In this document: positions 50,848 to 61,014 of the stretch, piece after piece
Layout: every line of letters starts with the position of its first letter
Numbering within the stretch: position 1 is the first letter of the stretch
Assembly: GCA_040220235.1 (NCBI GenBank)
Contig: JAVJTO010000157.1
Length of the DNA: 64,000 bases
Direction: 5' to 3' (one strand)
Source: Coleofasciculus sp. B1-GNL1-01
Lineage (GTDB): Bacteria > Cyanobacteriota > Cyanobacteriia > Cyanobacteriales > Coleofasciculaceae
Program-made: the position numbers and the translations under genes
The notes under the pieces: model-generated
The model's input: only the letters and a program-made list of their open reading frames with translations
Database searches by the model: none
Told to the model about the DNA's origin: nothing

Positions 50848-51146
50848 TGGGGAGCTGAGGGAGCGGGGGGAGCAGGGGGAGCAGGGGGAGCAGGGGGAGC
50901 AGGGGGAGCAGGGGGAGCAGGGGGAGCAGGGGGAGCAGGGGAAGCAGGGGGAGCAGGGGGAGCAGGGGAAGCAGGGGGAGCAGGGGGAGCAAGGGGAGCA
51001 GGGGGAGCAGGGGGAGCAGGGGAAGCAGGGGGAGCAGGGGAAGATGGGGGACACAATTTCTATAGCCCATTACCCTATTCCCTATTCCCTATTCCCTATT
51101 CCCTATTGCCCATTCCCTATTGCCCATTCCCTGTTCCCTATTCCCT
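50848..51146 (+). repeat. 9-bp GGGG(G/A)AGCA tandem tract followed by TTCCCTA/TTGCCCA heptamers
   Basis: Tandem repeats visible directly. Confidence 0.93.
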
Positions 51147-51227
51147 GACAAATGATGAATGACGAATGACCAATAACAAATAAGCTATCGTAGAGGTTAA
51201 ACTGGCACGATAGACGGATGGTTGCCA

Positions 51228-52991
51228 ATGAAAAAGTTTTTGTTACTGTGTTTGTTTGTAATTGGGCTAGGTTTTGCCCTGTTCAACTTTAAAGGGTTGG
51301 CAAATCAGGGGGAATTTGGCTCAATTGTACTGGATTTCCGGGAAGATATTCCCGCCACAGAGATTAGCGCTGAGGTGGACGCGATCGCACAAAAATACGG
51401 TGTGACGCCGCGACTCAATAGCGAATTCTCTGACGTTGACAATATTTACATTTTGGAGGGAGATAAACAAGTCCTGCGTCAGCTCAAACGGTCAGAACTG
51501 GCAAAAGACACTGAATATATTGAACCCAACTACATCTACAGTACGTTTTTTGTTCCCAACGACCCCAGCTATAGCCAGCAATGGAATCTTCGCAGCATTA
51601 ATGTGGAAGCCGCCTGGGATGAGACGCGGGGAAGTGGGATTACGGTAGCGGTGATTGACACTGGGGTTAGTCCGGTTCCTGATCTCAAAGATACCAAACT
51701 GGTTGAAGGGTACGACTTCGTAAACGATAGAGTTGATGCCTTCGATGATAATGGTCACGGGACTCACGTTGCTGGAACCATTGCCCAATCTACCAATAAT
51801 AGTTATGGGGTGGCTGGTGTAGCCTACGAAGCCAGTCTCATGCCCTTAAAAGTATTGAGTGCGGGTGGCGGTGGTACGATTTCCGATATCGCCGAAGCGA
51901 TTAAATTCGCCGCTGATAATGGCGCGGATGTGATCAATATGAGCTTGGGCGGTGGCGGTGAAAGTAAACTGATGCAAGAAGCGATCGACTATGCCTATAA
52001 CAAAGGTGTGGCGATTATTGCAGCCGCCGGGAATGCTAACCAAAATTCCGCCTCCTATCCCGCCCGATATCCCCATGTTCTCGGTGTTTCTGCGGTGGAT
52101 TCGGCTGGCGTGAAAGCCCCCTATTCTAACTACGGTGCAGGAGTTGATATTTCTGCCCCTGGTGGTAGTGAAGCGGGTAAGATTGTCCAAGAAACCATTA
52201 ATCCCAAAACCAAAACTGCCATGTTTTCTGGCTTTCAGGGAACCAGTATGGCAGCCCCCCATGTTGCTGGGGTAGCAGCTTTGGTGAAAGCGAGTGGGAT
52301 TAATGATCCCGATGAAATTTTCACCGTTCTCCAACAATCCAGTCGCCAGGTTGAAGATGATCCCCTCAACCACTTTGGCGCGGGACAACTAGATGCTGGA
52401 GGTGCAGTGCAATTGGCGACGAAGGGACAAATTACCTTCCGTGATTTCTTCCGGTGGTTGCGCGATAACGGTTATCTGAATCTCCGGTTCTGGATTGATG
52501 GTGGTGCAGTTGCACTGTTGCCGAAAGTTCTCATGGTTCTGGGTTCCTACCTCTTGGCGTGGTTCTTACGGAATTATTTGTCCTTTGGCTGGAGTTTGAC
52601 CACAGGATTAGTGGCTGGAAGTTCGGGATTATTCTTCCTGCGCGGCTTCTATATCTTTGACTTACCCCAGTGGCCCCTACGAGTCATGGGCAGTTCGATT
52701 CCGGAACTGGGTACTGCGGTTCAAGGCAGTAGTTTATTAAATCCCATTTTTGCCAGTGTGCTGATTCCCTTTGTTTTAGTGGCATTGTTCCTGGGAAATC
52801 CCCAATGGAAATGGGTGGCAATTGGTTCAGCCTTGGGTGTTGCCAGTTGCTTGGCGGTAAGTGTGGTAATGTCTCCTAGTCTGCTGTGGCTAGGAAGTGG
52901 GATTGGGGCGCGTCTATTCTTAATGGCGAATGCTCTCCTCTGCTTTGGACTTGCCTATTTTGCCTCTAAAGAAGAGGGGAGATTTGCATGA
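51228..52991 (+). CDS. S8 subtilisin-like peptidase with C-terminal membrane domain
   Basis: VAVIDTG, HGTHVAG, GTSMAAPHV triad; several C-terminal TM segments. Confidence 0.95.
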   Translation: MKKFLLLCLFVIGLGFALFNFKGLANQGEFGSIVLDFREDIPATEISAEVDAIAQKYGVTPRLNSEFSDVDNIYILEGDKQVLRQLKRSELAKDTEYIEPNYIYSTFFVPNDPSYSQQWNLRSINVEAAWDETRGSGITVAVIDTGVSPVPDLKDTKLVEGYDFVNDRVDAFDDNGHGTHVAGTIAQSTNNSYGVAGVAYEASLMPLKVLSAGGGGTISDIAEAIKFAADNGADVINMSLGGGGESKLMQEAIDYAYNKGVAIIAAAGNANQNSASYPARYPHVLGVSAVDSAGVKAPYSNYGAGVDISAPGGSEAGKIVQETINPKTKTAMFSGFQGTSMAAPHVAGVAALVKASGINDPDEIFTVLQQSSRQVEDDPLNHFGAGQLDAGGAVQLATKGQITFRDFFRWLRDNGYLNLRFWIDGGAVALLPKVLMVLGSYLLAWFLRNYLSFGWSLTTGLVAGSSGLFFLRGFYIFDLPQWPLRVMGSSIPELGTAVQGSSLLNPIFASVLIPFVLVALFLGNPQWKWVAIGSALGVASCLAVSVVMSPSLLWLGSGIGARLFLMANALLCFGLAYFASKEEGRFA

Positions 52992-53212
52992 GCATTAATG
53001 TTACGGGCAAAATCGAACACAAGGATATTGGCATGGGGGCTTGGGCTTTAGTTGCCGATTCTGGAGAAACCTATGAACTTCAGGATGCCCCCGATGAGTT
53101 ACAGCAATCTAACCTGAACGTGAAGGTGCAAGGAGAGGTGCGAGAGGATGTGATGACCACAGCAATGATTGGTCCAGTCCTACAAGTGCAGTCCTTTGAA
53201 GTGATGGATTGA
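52988..53212 (+). CDS. Small hypothetical protein translationally coupled to the S8 gene
   Basis: ATGA overlap; purine-rich RBS. Confidence 0.75.
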   Translation: MSINVTGKIEHKDIGMGAWALVADSGETYELQDAPDELQQSNLNVKVQGEVREDVMTTAMIGPVLQVQSFEVMD

Positions 53213-53226
53213 ACTGAAAATCTAGG

Positions 53227-53280
53227 CTCTCCCGTAATTGATGTGATTCCTAAAAACTTATCACATTAGTTACGGGAGAG
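53227..53280. terminator. Long hairpin between convergent genes
   Basis: CTCTCCCGTAATTGATGTGAT / ATCACATTAGTTACGGGAGAG. Confidence 0.55.
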
Positions 53281-53371
53281 TTGCTTTTTGGGGAATAACT
53301 AACATAGCCAAAAGTTCTCTTTTTCATAAAAAGACCTAAGTTCTATGTAGAAAATCAAAATTGAGCGATCG

Positions 53372-53938
53372 CTAAAAATCCCACTCTTCAAACAGTTCAG
53401 CAACCGACATGGAAAAGCCAGGAACGATCGCGTCACCCTCTAGCGTGTCTTGAGGACGAAGTAAGCGATCGGGTTCGGGCGAATGGTAAACCAGAACATA
53501 TTTTTCATCGGGATGAATCACCCAAACTAAGCGAGTATCGTTGTCAAAATATTCCACAATCTTGTCGTGGATTTCTTCAACGGTATTGTTGGGAGAGAGA
53601 ATTTCCACCGCCAGATCAGGAGAACCTTGAAAGAACCCACGAGGGGGACGCTTTAAACCCTTGAGCCGTTCTTTAGAGACAAAAGAGACGTCAGGCGATC
53701 GCTTGTTGCCGTTCTTTAAGGTAAACGCTGTACTAGAATCACAAACCGTTCCCAATTTGTGTTGCCGAACATAGATTGCCAGAAGCCCCCCCAGAAATGA
53801 GCCAATTCCGCCATGCTCCATCCCTGAATTGCCCATATTCACAAGCTCCCCGTTTACTAACTCATAACAATGCCCATCTTTGGACAGTGCCATAAATTCC
53901 TCATCTGTCCAAACTTTTTTCTCAGTGGAGATTGTCAT
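53372..53938 (-). CDS. Uma2 family endonuclease-like protein
   Basis: YELVNGEL, RSPDVSFV, PDLAVEILSP, VWVIHP. Confidence 0.93.
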   Translation of the reverse strand: MTISTEKKVWTDEEFMALSKDGHCYELVNGELVNMGNSGMEHGGIGSFLGGLLAIYVRQHKLGTVCDSSTAFTLKNGNKRSPDVSFVSKERLKGLKRPPRGFFQGSPDLAVEILSPNNTVEEIHDKIVEYFDNDTRLVWVIHPDEKYVLVYHSPEPDRLLRPQDTLEGDAIVPGFSMSVAELFEEWDF

Positions 53939-54112
53939 AGCCCAAGCTTCCTCTCGATTTTCCGGAATCGCTACTTCTAGTTTGACATGTTACATGACGG
54001 GGAAAAAGGATACATCATTTAGGTAGAGACGTTCCGGCGGAACGTCTCTACAACAGTTCTTTTGTCCTAATAGATGTGTCTACTGCTATAACCAATACTA
54101 CCGGATTAACTA

Positions 54113-54937
54113 TTATTGAGCAGAGGGATAGATGGATTTAGCGATAAAGACAGGCTTATTCTCGTATTCGGCTTCCAGTTGACGTTTGACATCCAAATCC
54201 CAAGTTAACTCATAATCCCGCTCAAATTCAGCGGCGACAAAGGGACGTATCTCACCCGTCACGACAACATCTTCACCTTCAACCATGGTTCTCTCCGGTG
54301 GGACTAAGGTGAAGACTAACAAATCACCGCCACCTGCTATCTGGTCTTCATCAAGGGTAAAGGTATTGTTACTCATAATCTCTTCCACTTCACCCTCTAC
54401 AGCCACAATTTGATTGTAGAATCGGCTAGGATCTTCGGTAATTTCTCCGGGGTCGGGTGCAAGTGCCAGTGATTCAGCGACAATAGCAGGCTGTTGTTCG
54501 TAGTCGGTATCGAATTGCAAGTCTAAGTCGAATTCTTCCTCAAACTCTACCCTATTAAACTGACGCACTTCACCGGTGACTTGGACTTCAACATCGTCCT
54601 CTTCTGGCAGCATAAAGGGTTCGCCAGAGGTATTGACTACGATAATCTCATCACCAAAAAGCTCATCCTCTGAGATGGTAAAGGTGACATTATCCAGAAC
54701 CTCTCTCACTTCGCCTCGTATGCTCACGCTTTGACCGAACAGTTGTTCGGTGTTCTCCTCGACTTCCTCAGCCGTTACGTTTTCTTCCTCTTGTCCTGCG
54801 GTGACAACGTCTTGTGTAGTGTCGGCGCAGGAGGGAAGCAGTACAGCCATCAGCGCTAAGGCGATCGCACTGGCAGGTAAGCTTTTACGATAGTGTTTAA
54901 TAAACATGTATGAATGTCCTCTCTCAATAGTTAGCAA
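54113..54937 (-). CDS. Acidic lipoprotein with two internal repeats
   Basis: LPSC lipobox; two GEV.E....TFT..ED...VTGE.R.F units. Confidence 0.75.
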   Translation of the reverse strand: MLTIERGHSYMFIKHYRKSLPASAIALALMAVLLPSCADTTQDVVTAGQEEENVTAEEVEENTEQLFGQSVSIRGEVREVLDNVTFTISEDELFGDEIIVVNTSGEPFMLPEEDDVEVQVTGEVRQFNRVEFEEEFDLDLQFDTDYEQQPAIVAESLALAPDPGEITEDPSRFYNQIVAVEGEVEEIMSNNTFTLDEDQIAGGGDLLVFTLVPPERTMVEGEDVVVTGEIRPFVAAEFERDYELTWDLDVKRQLEAEYENKPVFIAKSIYPSAQ

Positions 54938-55182
54938 ATCTTAGAAGTTAACGCTTCCACCATTCATTCAAAGGCAATCTAGCCGCGATCGCATCTTTCT
55001 CAGGAGTAGCAATCAACTCTATCCGATGGGGGATTTTGGCGATTAGGGAAATGGGGAAGATGAGGGAGCAGGGGGAGCATGTAGAGACGTAGCATGCTAC
55101 GTCTGGGGAGCTGGGGGAGATATTTGATAAAAAAATGATCTAAACTGCTTGGGATATCTTATTGGTCTTCCAGTTGCTGTCA

Positions 55183-56082
55183 ATGCAAAAAGAAAACAAT
55201 CACGATTTAATCCGGGAAGCCGAAGCAACCCGTGTGCAGATACTCAGTGAAGCCCTACCTTACATCCAGCAGTTTGCAGGACGAACGGTTGTGGTTAAGT
55301 ATGGAGGGGCGGCGATGAAGGATAGCAACCTCAAAGATAAAGTGATTCGGGATGTTGTCTTCTTATCCTGTGTCGGCGTTCGTCCCGTCGTGGTTCACGG
55401 CGGTGGTCCCGAAATTAATAGCTGGTTGGATAAGCTGGGGATTGAACCACAGTTTAAGGATGGGTTGCGGGTAACGGATGCACCCACGATGGATGTTGTG
55501 GAGATGGTTCTCGTGGGTCGAGTTAATAAAGAGTTAGTCTCTCTGATTAACCGGGCTGGGGGTTTAGCCGTGGGACTTTGCGGTAAAGACGGAAATTTAA
55601 TCAAAGCCCGTCCGGAAGGGCGCAAGGGGATTGGCTTTGTTGGAGAAGTCAGCAGTGTTGATATTAAACTGGTGGACTCCTTGGTCAAAAGTGGCTACAT
55701 TCCAGTTGTGTCAAGTGTTTCTGCTGATGAGGCGGGTCAAGCCTATAATATCAACGCTGATACCGTTGCTGGCGAAATTGCTGCCGCTTTGGGAGCCGAA
55801 AAGTTAATTCTACTCACTGATACTCCGGGGATTTTGCAGGATTACCAAGACCCCTCCACTCTCATGGCTAAGCTGGATATCCAACAAGCACGAGAGTTAA
55901 TGGCATCAGGCGTTGTGGCTGGCGGTATGATACCTAAGGTTAACTGTTGTGTGCGATCGCTGGCTCAGGGGGTACGGGCGGCTCATATTATTGATGGTCG
56001 AATTCCCCACGCTCTACTTTTAGAAATTTTTACCAATAAAGGAATTGGTTCTATGATTGTGGCATCTGAATTTACAGAATAG
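55183..56082 (+). CDS. argB: Acetylglutamate kinase
   Basis: [35 protein letters not shown]. Confidence 0.97.
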   Translation: MQKENNHDLIREAEATRVQILSEALPYIQQFAGRTVVVKYGGAAMKDSNLKDKVIRDVVFLSCVGVRPVVVHGGGPEINSWLDKLGIEPQFKDGLRVTDAPTMDVVEMVLVGRVNKELVSLINRAGGLAVGLCGKDGNLIKARPEGRKGIGFVGEVSSVDIKLVDSLVKSGYIPVVSSVSADEAGQAYNINADTVAGEIAAALGAEKLILLTDTPGILQDYQDPSTLMAKLDIQQARELMASGVVAGGMIPKVNCCVRSLAQGVRAAHIIDGRIPHALLLEIFTNKGIGSMIVASEFTE

Positions 56083-56379
56083 CGCTTGCTGAATAAGTGT
56101 TGCGGTGAGGGGAGGGAACAGGACACGGGGAATAGAGAACAGTGCGAGCGTCTCGCTCGCTATTTTAGTAGGTGGACACAATTAAAGTTAGCGGTGGAGA
56201 TTAGGGAACAGGGAACAGGGAACAGGGAACAGTAAGGGTTTGAGGCTTGTTTACATAACTTAATCTAGTTAAGTTTATTTCCACCAACCTACTTTGTATG
56301 GCTTTTTGGCTCTTTTGGCTCTATCGAGGTTTTCTTCTTTTTTGTCCGACGACTTACCTGTTCCCGGATTGAGAGTACA

Positions 56380-56715
56380 TTACTTACTTCGGTTTAATAA
56401 TCCCGTCAATGGAATGGAGCTTTTCTGGGAACGCCTCCTCGCTCTAGCATCTCGACGCTGTTTCGCCAAGGTTAATCCACTTAACTTGACGGGGGTTTCC
56501 TCTGGCTCATCTTGGGGTTCAGAGGGTGCTTCCTTTGGTTTATCTTTACTATTCCACCAAGCCACAATCCAGCCGCCAGCAATTCCCCCAACAGCACCCA
56601 CCACGATACTGAAGGGAACTGAGTATCCCAGTAAAACCAGACATAGCAAAAACACTAACCATACTCTTAGCGCTACAGGGAACCCCTCGGAGAAACCTGG
56701 CAACAGTTTATTCAT
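56380..56715 (-). CDS. Hypothetical membrane protein
   Basis: Two TM segments and a basic tail. Confidence 0.6.
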   Translation of the reverse strand: MNKLLPGFSEGFPVALRVWLVFLLCLVLLGYSVPFSIVVGAVGGIAGGWIVAWWNSKDKPKEAPSEPQDEPEETPVKLSGLTLAKQRRDARARRRSQKSSIPLTGLLNRSK

Positions 56716-57114
56716 TCCTTTGTCCTTTGTCCGTCCTTTGTCCGTCCTTTGTCCTTTGTCCTTTGTCCTTTGTCCTTTGTCAAGGGGCAGTTGTTAAATA
56801 TTGTGTGAAGATAAAATCTATTAATTAGCATAAGTTTAGCTTATATTTATAAGGATTGGCTTGGGTGAAATAGTTAATTTTATTGAAGTGTTGTAAATAT
56901 TTTTTACGAATATGGGAATATTTTTATCGATGTACCTGGAATGATGGGTCTATCCGCTCATCTGTGTAACGCCTTTCTTAACCATTATTAAATTTAACAA
57001 TGATCCCATTAATTGATCGATGTAAAGAGTTTGTGAAGAAGACCAAAAACTAGAGAATTAAACTTTGGACTTATGTATTCTGAATATTAGTAAGCTGATT
57101 ATAGCATCACTAAT

Positions 57115-57963
57115 ATGAATAAGCTATTAATAACAATAACCTTATCCCTAGCTATTCTTCTCGAAGCTTTAGGAGTAAATTCGGCAGGTGCATTAACGAT
57201 AAGAAGTTGGGACAGCGCAAATCAGCGTGGGGGTGACTTATTTAATGCCGGAAATGGTGCATTGCAATATGGTGCATTCAGCTTAAGTCTTCTGGAACGT
57301 TTACATACTATCCTTCCAGGAGTATCAACCCTAACCGAGGCAAATCTTGCTGACGTTGATATATTCTTTCATGGAGCGTCCTCAAAAACACTGACGAACA
57401 CTGAAAGTAGCGTGCTGAGAAATTTCGTCAAAACTGGTGGTTGTCTGATTATTGAAGCCGATTCAACTCGTTCTGAGCAGACATCGGCTAATTCTGTACT
57501 GGAATCGCTAGGACTCGGTTCCCGATATACAGGTGTTGTCGGTGGTGTCAATTCTTCTACAGGTGGCACGTTTACAAATACGGTGTCTCTAACCACTGTC
57601 GGCACATTCGGCGACCTCAGAGGTCAAACATTTGGTACATCTTTAGCCACTGATATTAACCCAATGGTAACCGATATTTCTTCACATGGAGGGATGCTGA
57701 TTGGTACAAATGGCTCAATCAGGTCGATAGTGGAATTTCAGCCCTTTGCTAACGGTGGTAAAGTCTTGGCTGTTGGTGATCCCTACGGTTTTAATCTTTT
57801 CCAGAGTTCAGATGATTCTTTGTATAATTCTAACAATCAAAAAGCCTATTTAAATTTCATCGAGTCTAAACAATCGAGAATACCTGTTCCGGAAACATCA
57901 ACGGTATTGGGTCTATTAACATTAGGGACTTGTGCTGTGGGAAACAAATTCAATAAAAAATGA
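57115..57963 (+). CDS. PEP-CTERM surface protein
   Basis: Signal peptide; VPET + TM + KK tail. Confidence 0.8.
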   Translation: MNKLLITITLSLAILLEALGVNSAGALTIRSWDSANQRGGDLFNAGNGALQYGAFSLSLLERLHTILPGVSTLTEANLADVDIFFHGASSKTLTNTESSVLRNFVKTGGCLIIEADSTRSEQTSANSVLESLGLGSRYTGVVGGVNSSTGGTFTNTVSLTTVGTFGDLRGQTFGTSLATDINPMVTDISSHGGMLIGTNGSIRSIVEFQPFANGGKVLAVGDPYGFNLFQSSDDSLYNSNNQKAYLNFIESKQSRIPVPETSTVLGLLTLGTCAVGNKFNKK

Positions 57964-58202
57964 TTAAACCATGGATAATTCAGAAAATCCCCGGGGTGAC
58001 AGTAGGGGGATATTGTCGCTGATTGGGGAGACGCATTGATGTGCGAATCGGCAGTTAGGGAGGCGGATTTCGGGTAGTCTCAACCCTCACAGGTGTCAAG
58101 GCTAGCCAGTTTTTGGTTTAATGTATCGTTTTGCCTGTCATTTTGTGGTCATTTTTCATCAGTATATTCATTATTGTTCCTCAACAGTGTCAGGACTAAA
58201 CC

Positions 58203-58757
58203 ATGAAACGCATCAAAACATTAACCTTGATCGCCGCCGGAGTCTTGTCTACCATCGCTGTGCCACTTGTGAGCCATACACAGACAACCTACACGGGAAC
58301 AGTTGAGCGGGTGTGGGAAGATGGATTTCATTTCAGAACCGGCGATCGCAGCTTCAAGGTGGATACATGGGAACTCTACGGTGATAACACAGCCGAACAG
58401 ATTAAAATAGGCGATCGCGTAACCATCTCTGGAGAATTTGAAAATGGCGAATTTGATGCCAACTCCCTCACCAATGCGGCTACCTCTAAACCTTCAACGA
58501 CCGATACGGAAACTGCCACACCGTCACCGGTGAGCCGCGCCCAGACAACCTACACAGGAACAGTTGAGCGGGTGTGGGAAGATGGATTTCATTTCAGAAC
58601 CGGCGATCGCAGCTTCAAGGTGGATACATGGGAACTCTACGGTGACAACACAGCCGAACAGATTAAAATAGGCGATCGCGTAACCATCTCTGGAGAATTT
58701 GAAAATGGCGAATTTGATGCCAACTCCCTCACCGATGCGGCTACCTCCACACCTTAA
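58203..58757 (+). CDS. Secreted protein with two near-identical OB-fold-like repeats
   Basis: Signal peptide; DNA repeat 58281-58486 vs 58542-58747. Confidence 0.8.
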   Translation: MKRIKTLTLIAAGVLSTIAVPLVSHTQTTYTGTVERVWEDGFHFRTGDRSFKVDTWELYGDNTAEQIKIGDRVTISGEFENGEFDANSLTNAATSKPSTTDTETATPSPVSRAQTTYTGTVERVWEDGFHFRTGDRSFKVDTWELYGDNTAEQIKIGDRVTISGEFENGEFDANSLTDAATSTP

Positions 58758-58848
58758 ACAGGGCGGCTAAAAGTGTTTTGTGGGCTGTGGAAGGCACAAA
58801 TGCCAAATCCACAGTTCCGATCATAGACTCTCACCCACGCCACAAGAT

Positions 58849-59526
58849 ATGCGAATCTTGCTCGTCGAAGATGATCCAGAACAAATTGAACCCCTCCACG
58901 CCGCCTTGACTCGTTCAGGACATATCGTCGATGCGGTGGAAGATGGAACAACCGCCCGATGGCTGATGGGCGAAAAAGACTATGACTTGCTCATTTTAGA
59001 CTGGATGTTGCCCGGTGAGGATGGTATTTGTCTGTGTCAGCAGTATCGTCAGGCAGGAAAAGCCGCTCCCATTCTCATGCTGACGGCAAAAGATACCATT
59101 GCCGATAAGGTGATGGGGTTAGATGCTGGCGCCGATGATTATCTGGTCAAGCCTGTGGATATTCAAGAACTGCTGGCGCGGGTGAGGGCTTTGCGGCGAC
59201 GAGCGCCCCTCTGGTGCGGTGACGTGGTGCAAGTTAGCGATCTATCCCTGCATCTCGACACCATGCGCGTGGAACGGGGAAGCGTTAGCCTGAAACTAGC
59301 AAGCCGGGATTTTCAACTTCTGGAGTACATGATGCGCCATCCCCACCAGATCCTCACTCACGATCAGATTGAACAGGCACTATGGGAATGGGGAGAGGAA
59401 CCCGAAAGTAATGCGGTAACCGCTCGGATTAGACGCCTGCGTCAACGGTTGCGCGAAATCGGTGTAGACGGTTGGATTGAAACCCTCTACGGCACAGGTT
59501 ATCGTCTTGAACCTCCTTCGGATTGA
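58849..59526 (+). CDS. OmpR-family response regulator
   Basis: MRILLVEDD, LDWMLP, GADDYLVKP, IETLYGTGYRL. Confidence 0.94.
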   Translation: MRILLVEDDPEQIEPLHAALTRSGHIVDAVEDGTTARWLMGEKDYDLLILDWMLPGEDGICLCQQYRQAGKAAPILMLTAKDTIADKVMGLDAGADDYLVKPVDIQELLARVRALRRRAPLWCGDVVQVSDLSLHLDTMRVERGSVSLKLASRDFQLLEYMMRHPHQILTHDQIEQALWEWGEEPESNAVTARIRRLRQRLREIGVDGWIETLYGTGYRLEPPSD

Positions 59527-59529
59527 GAT

Positions 59530-61014
59530 ATGACTCATCCAGTTTCTGTTGTTCATCAACGCTGGCAAACACTGCCGATTCGAGTGCGGGGAACCGTGAT
59601 TATTGTACTTCCCGTAACCTGTTTGTTCATGGCATTGTCGGCATTTGCCTGGTTGAAAGCCAGCTTGGTGGAAGATGAAACCTGGGTGCAACACACTCAA
59701 ATTGTGCGTTTGGAAACCAAACGTCTCTTGAATGCCTTGGTTGATGCGGAAACCGGAGTTCGAGGGTATGGATTGACCCAACGAGATGAATTTTTGACTC
59801 CTTACAACCGGGCTAAAGCGATTATTCCTAAATCGTTGGATCGATTAGAACAACTGGTACAAGACAATCCTCAACAAACCCAACGAATACAGGATATTCG
59901 GACAGGGGTTGATGAGAATCTAAGGATTTTTCAACAGAAATTAACCTTACAGCGAGAACTAAAACTCATTCAGGGACAAACCGATATTTTTGTTCCAGTT
60001 GCCTCTCTCTATGCGTGGTTAGAGGAAGGAAAAGCGACGATGGATGCTACCCGAACAGAAATCGATCGCTTTGCCCAAACCGAGGAAGAATTATGGGTAC
60101 AACGCCGACAACACCAAGACTTTTATCGACAAATTACCTGGATTGTGTTATGTATTTTTGGCGTAATTGGGACGCTCAGTGCCTGGTTTGCCGTTCACCT
60201 TTTCTATCAGTTGGAACGAGAGTTAGCCAACCGGGAAGATCGCTTGCGTCAAACGAATCAACGTTTGGAGATTGTCTGTGAGCAACTCCAACGATTTACC
60301 GCCAATGCCTCTCATGAATTGCGGGCGCCTTTAGCGGCAGTGTTGAGTAATGCTCAGGTGGGATTGATGGATCTCGATGACTTGGAAGAGGAGTCAATTC
60401 CACTGCGCCAACGACTCGACAAGATTGTCAATTTGACCAAACAGATGAGTTCACTGGTGAGTGACTTGTTATTTTTGGCGCGACATGAAGGGTTATTGGC
60501 GGCTGATTCACTCCAATGTGTTGATCTGACCGATTTATTAAGTAATTTAGTGGTCGATTGGCTACCGCAAGGGAAAACCCATCAGCTAACGCTAACGAGT
60601 CAGTTACCCAAAATGGCGGTTGAAGTGAATGCCGATGCCAACTTGTTGCAGCAAGCGATCGCGAATCTCCTCAGTAATGCTTGCCGCTATACACCCGCCG
60701 GAGGCATGATCGAACTGCGTCTACTTACACGCACCGATCAAGCCTTGATTCAGGTTGAAGATACTGGAATCGGTATTCCCCCAGAGGCTCTACCTCATCT
60801 GTTTGAACGGTTTTATCGCGTTGATTCAAAGCGTGCCAAAGCCTCCGGCGGCTTTGGCTTAGGATTAGCGATCGCACAACAGATTGTTCAGGCTCATGGG
60901 GGACACATCAACGTTACCAGCACCCTGGGACAGGGTTCGACGTTTCAAATTTCTCTACCCTTGAACATTTCCACGAAGGCGGCGCAAAACCTCAACAGGA
61001 ATGGCATAAAATGA
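59530..61014 (+). CDS. CHASE3 sensor histidine kinase
   Basis: [21 protein letters not shown]3 motif; [15 protein letters not shown]. Confidence 0.93.
   Translation: MTHPVSVVHQRWQTLPIRVRGTVIIVLPVTCLFMALSAFAWLKASLVEDETWVQHTQIVRLETKRLLNALVDAETGVRGYGLTQRDEFLTPYNRAKAIIPKSLDRLEQLVQDNPQQTQRIQDIRTGVDENLRIFQQKLTLQRELKLIQGQTDIFVPVASLYAWLEEGKATMDATRTEIDRFAQTEEELWVQRRQHQDFYRQITWIVLCIFGVIGTLSAWFAVHLFYQLERELANREDRLRQTNQRLEIVCEQLQRFTANASHELRAPLAAVLSNAQVGLMDLDDLEEESIPLRQRLDKIVNLTKQMSSLVSDLLFLARHEGLLAADSLQCVDLTDLLSNLVVDWLPQGKTHQLTLTSQLPKMAVEVNADANLLQQAIANLLSNACRYTPAGGMIELRLLTRTDQALIQVEDTGIGIPPEALPHLFERFYRVDSKRAKASGGFGLGLAIAQQIVQAHGGHINVTSTLGQGSTFQISLPLNISTKAAQNLNRNGIK

Noticed and set aside
50747..51148. 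Collagen-like GEQ, PLL, PCS and PPA repeat ORFs
   Set aside because: Translations of a 9-bp intergenic tandem repeat that lacks stops in most frames.
53372..53938. Uma2 gene as a defence nuclease
   Set aside because: This family is highly expanded in cyanobacteria and has no partner genes here.
58281..58747. Template/variable repeat pair of a diversity-generating retroelement
   Set aside because: Both copies are in frame within one gene, the mismatches are not adenine-specific, and no reverse transcriptase is present.
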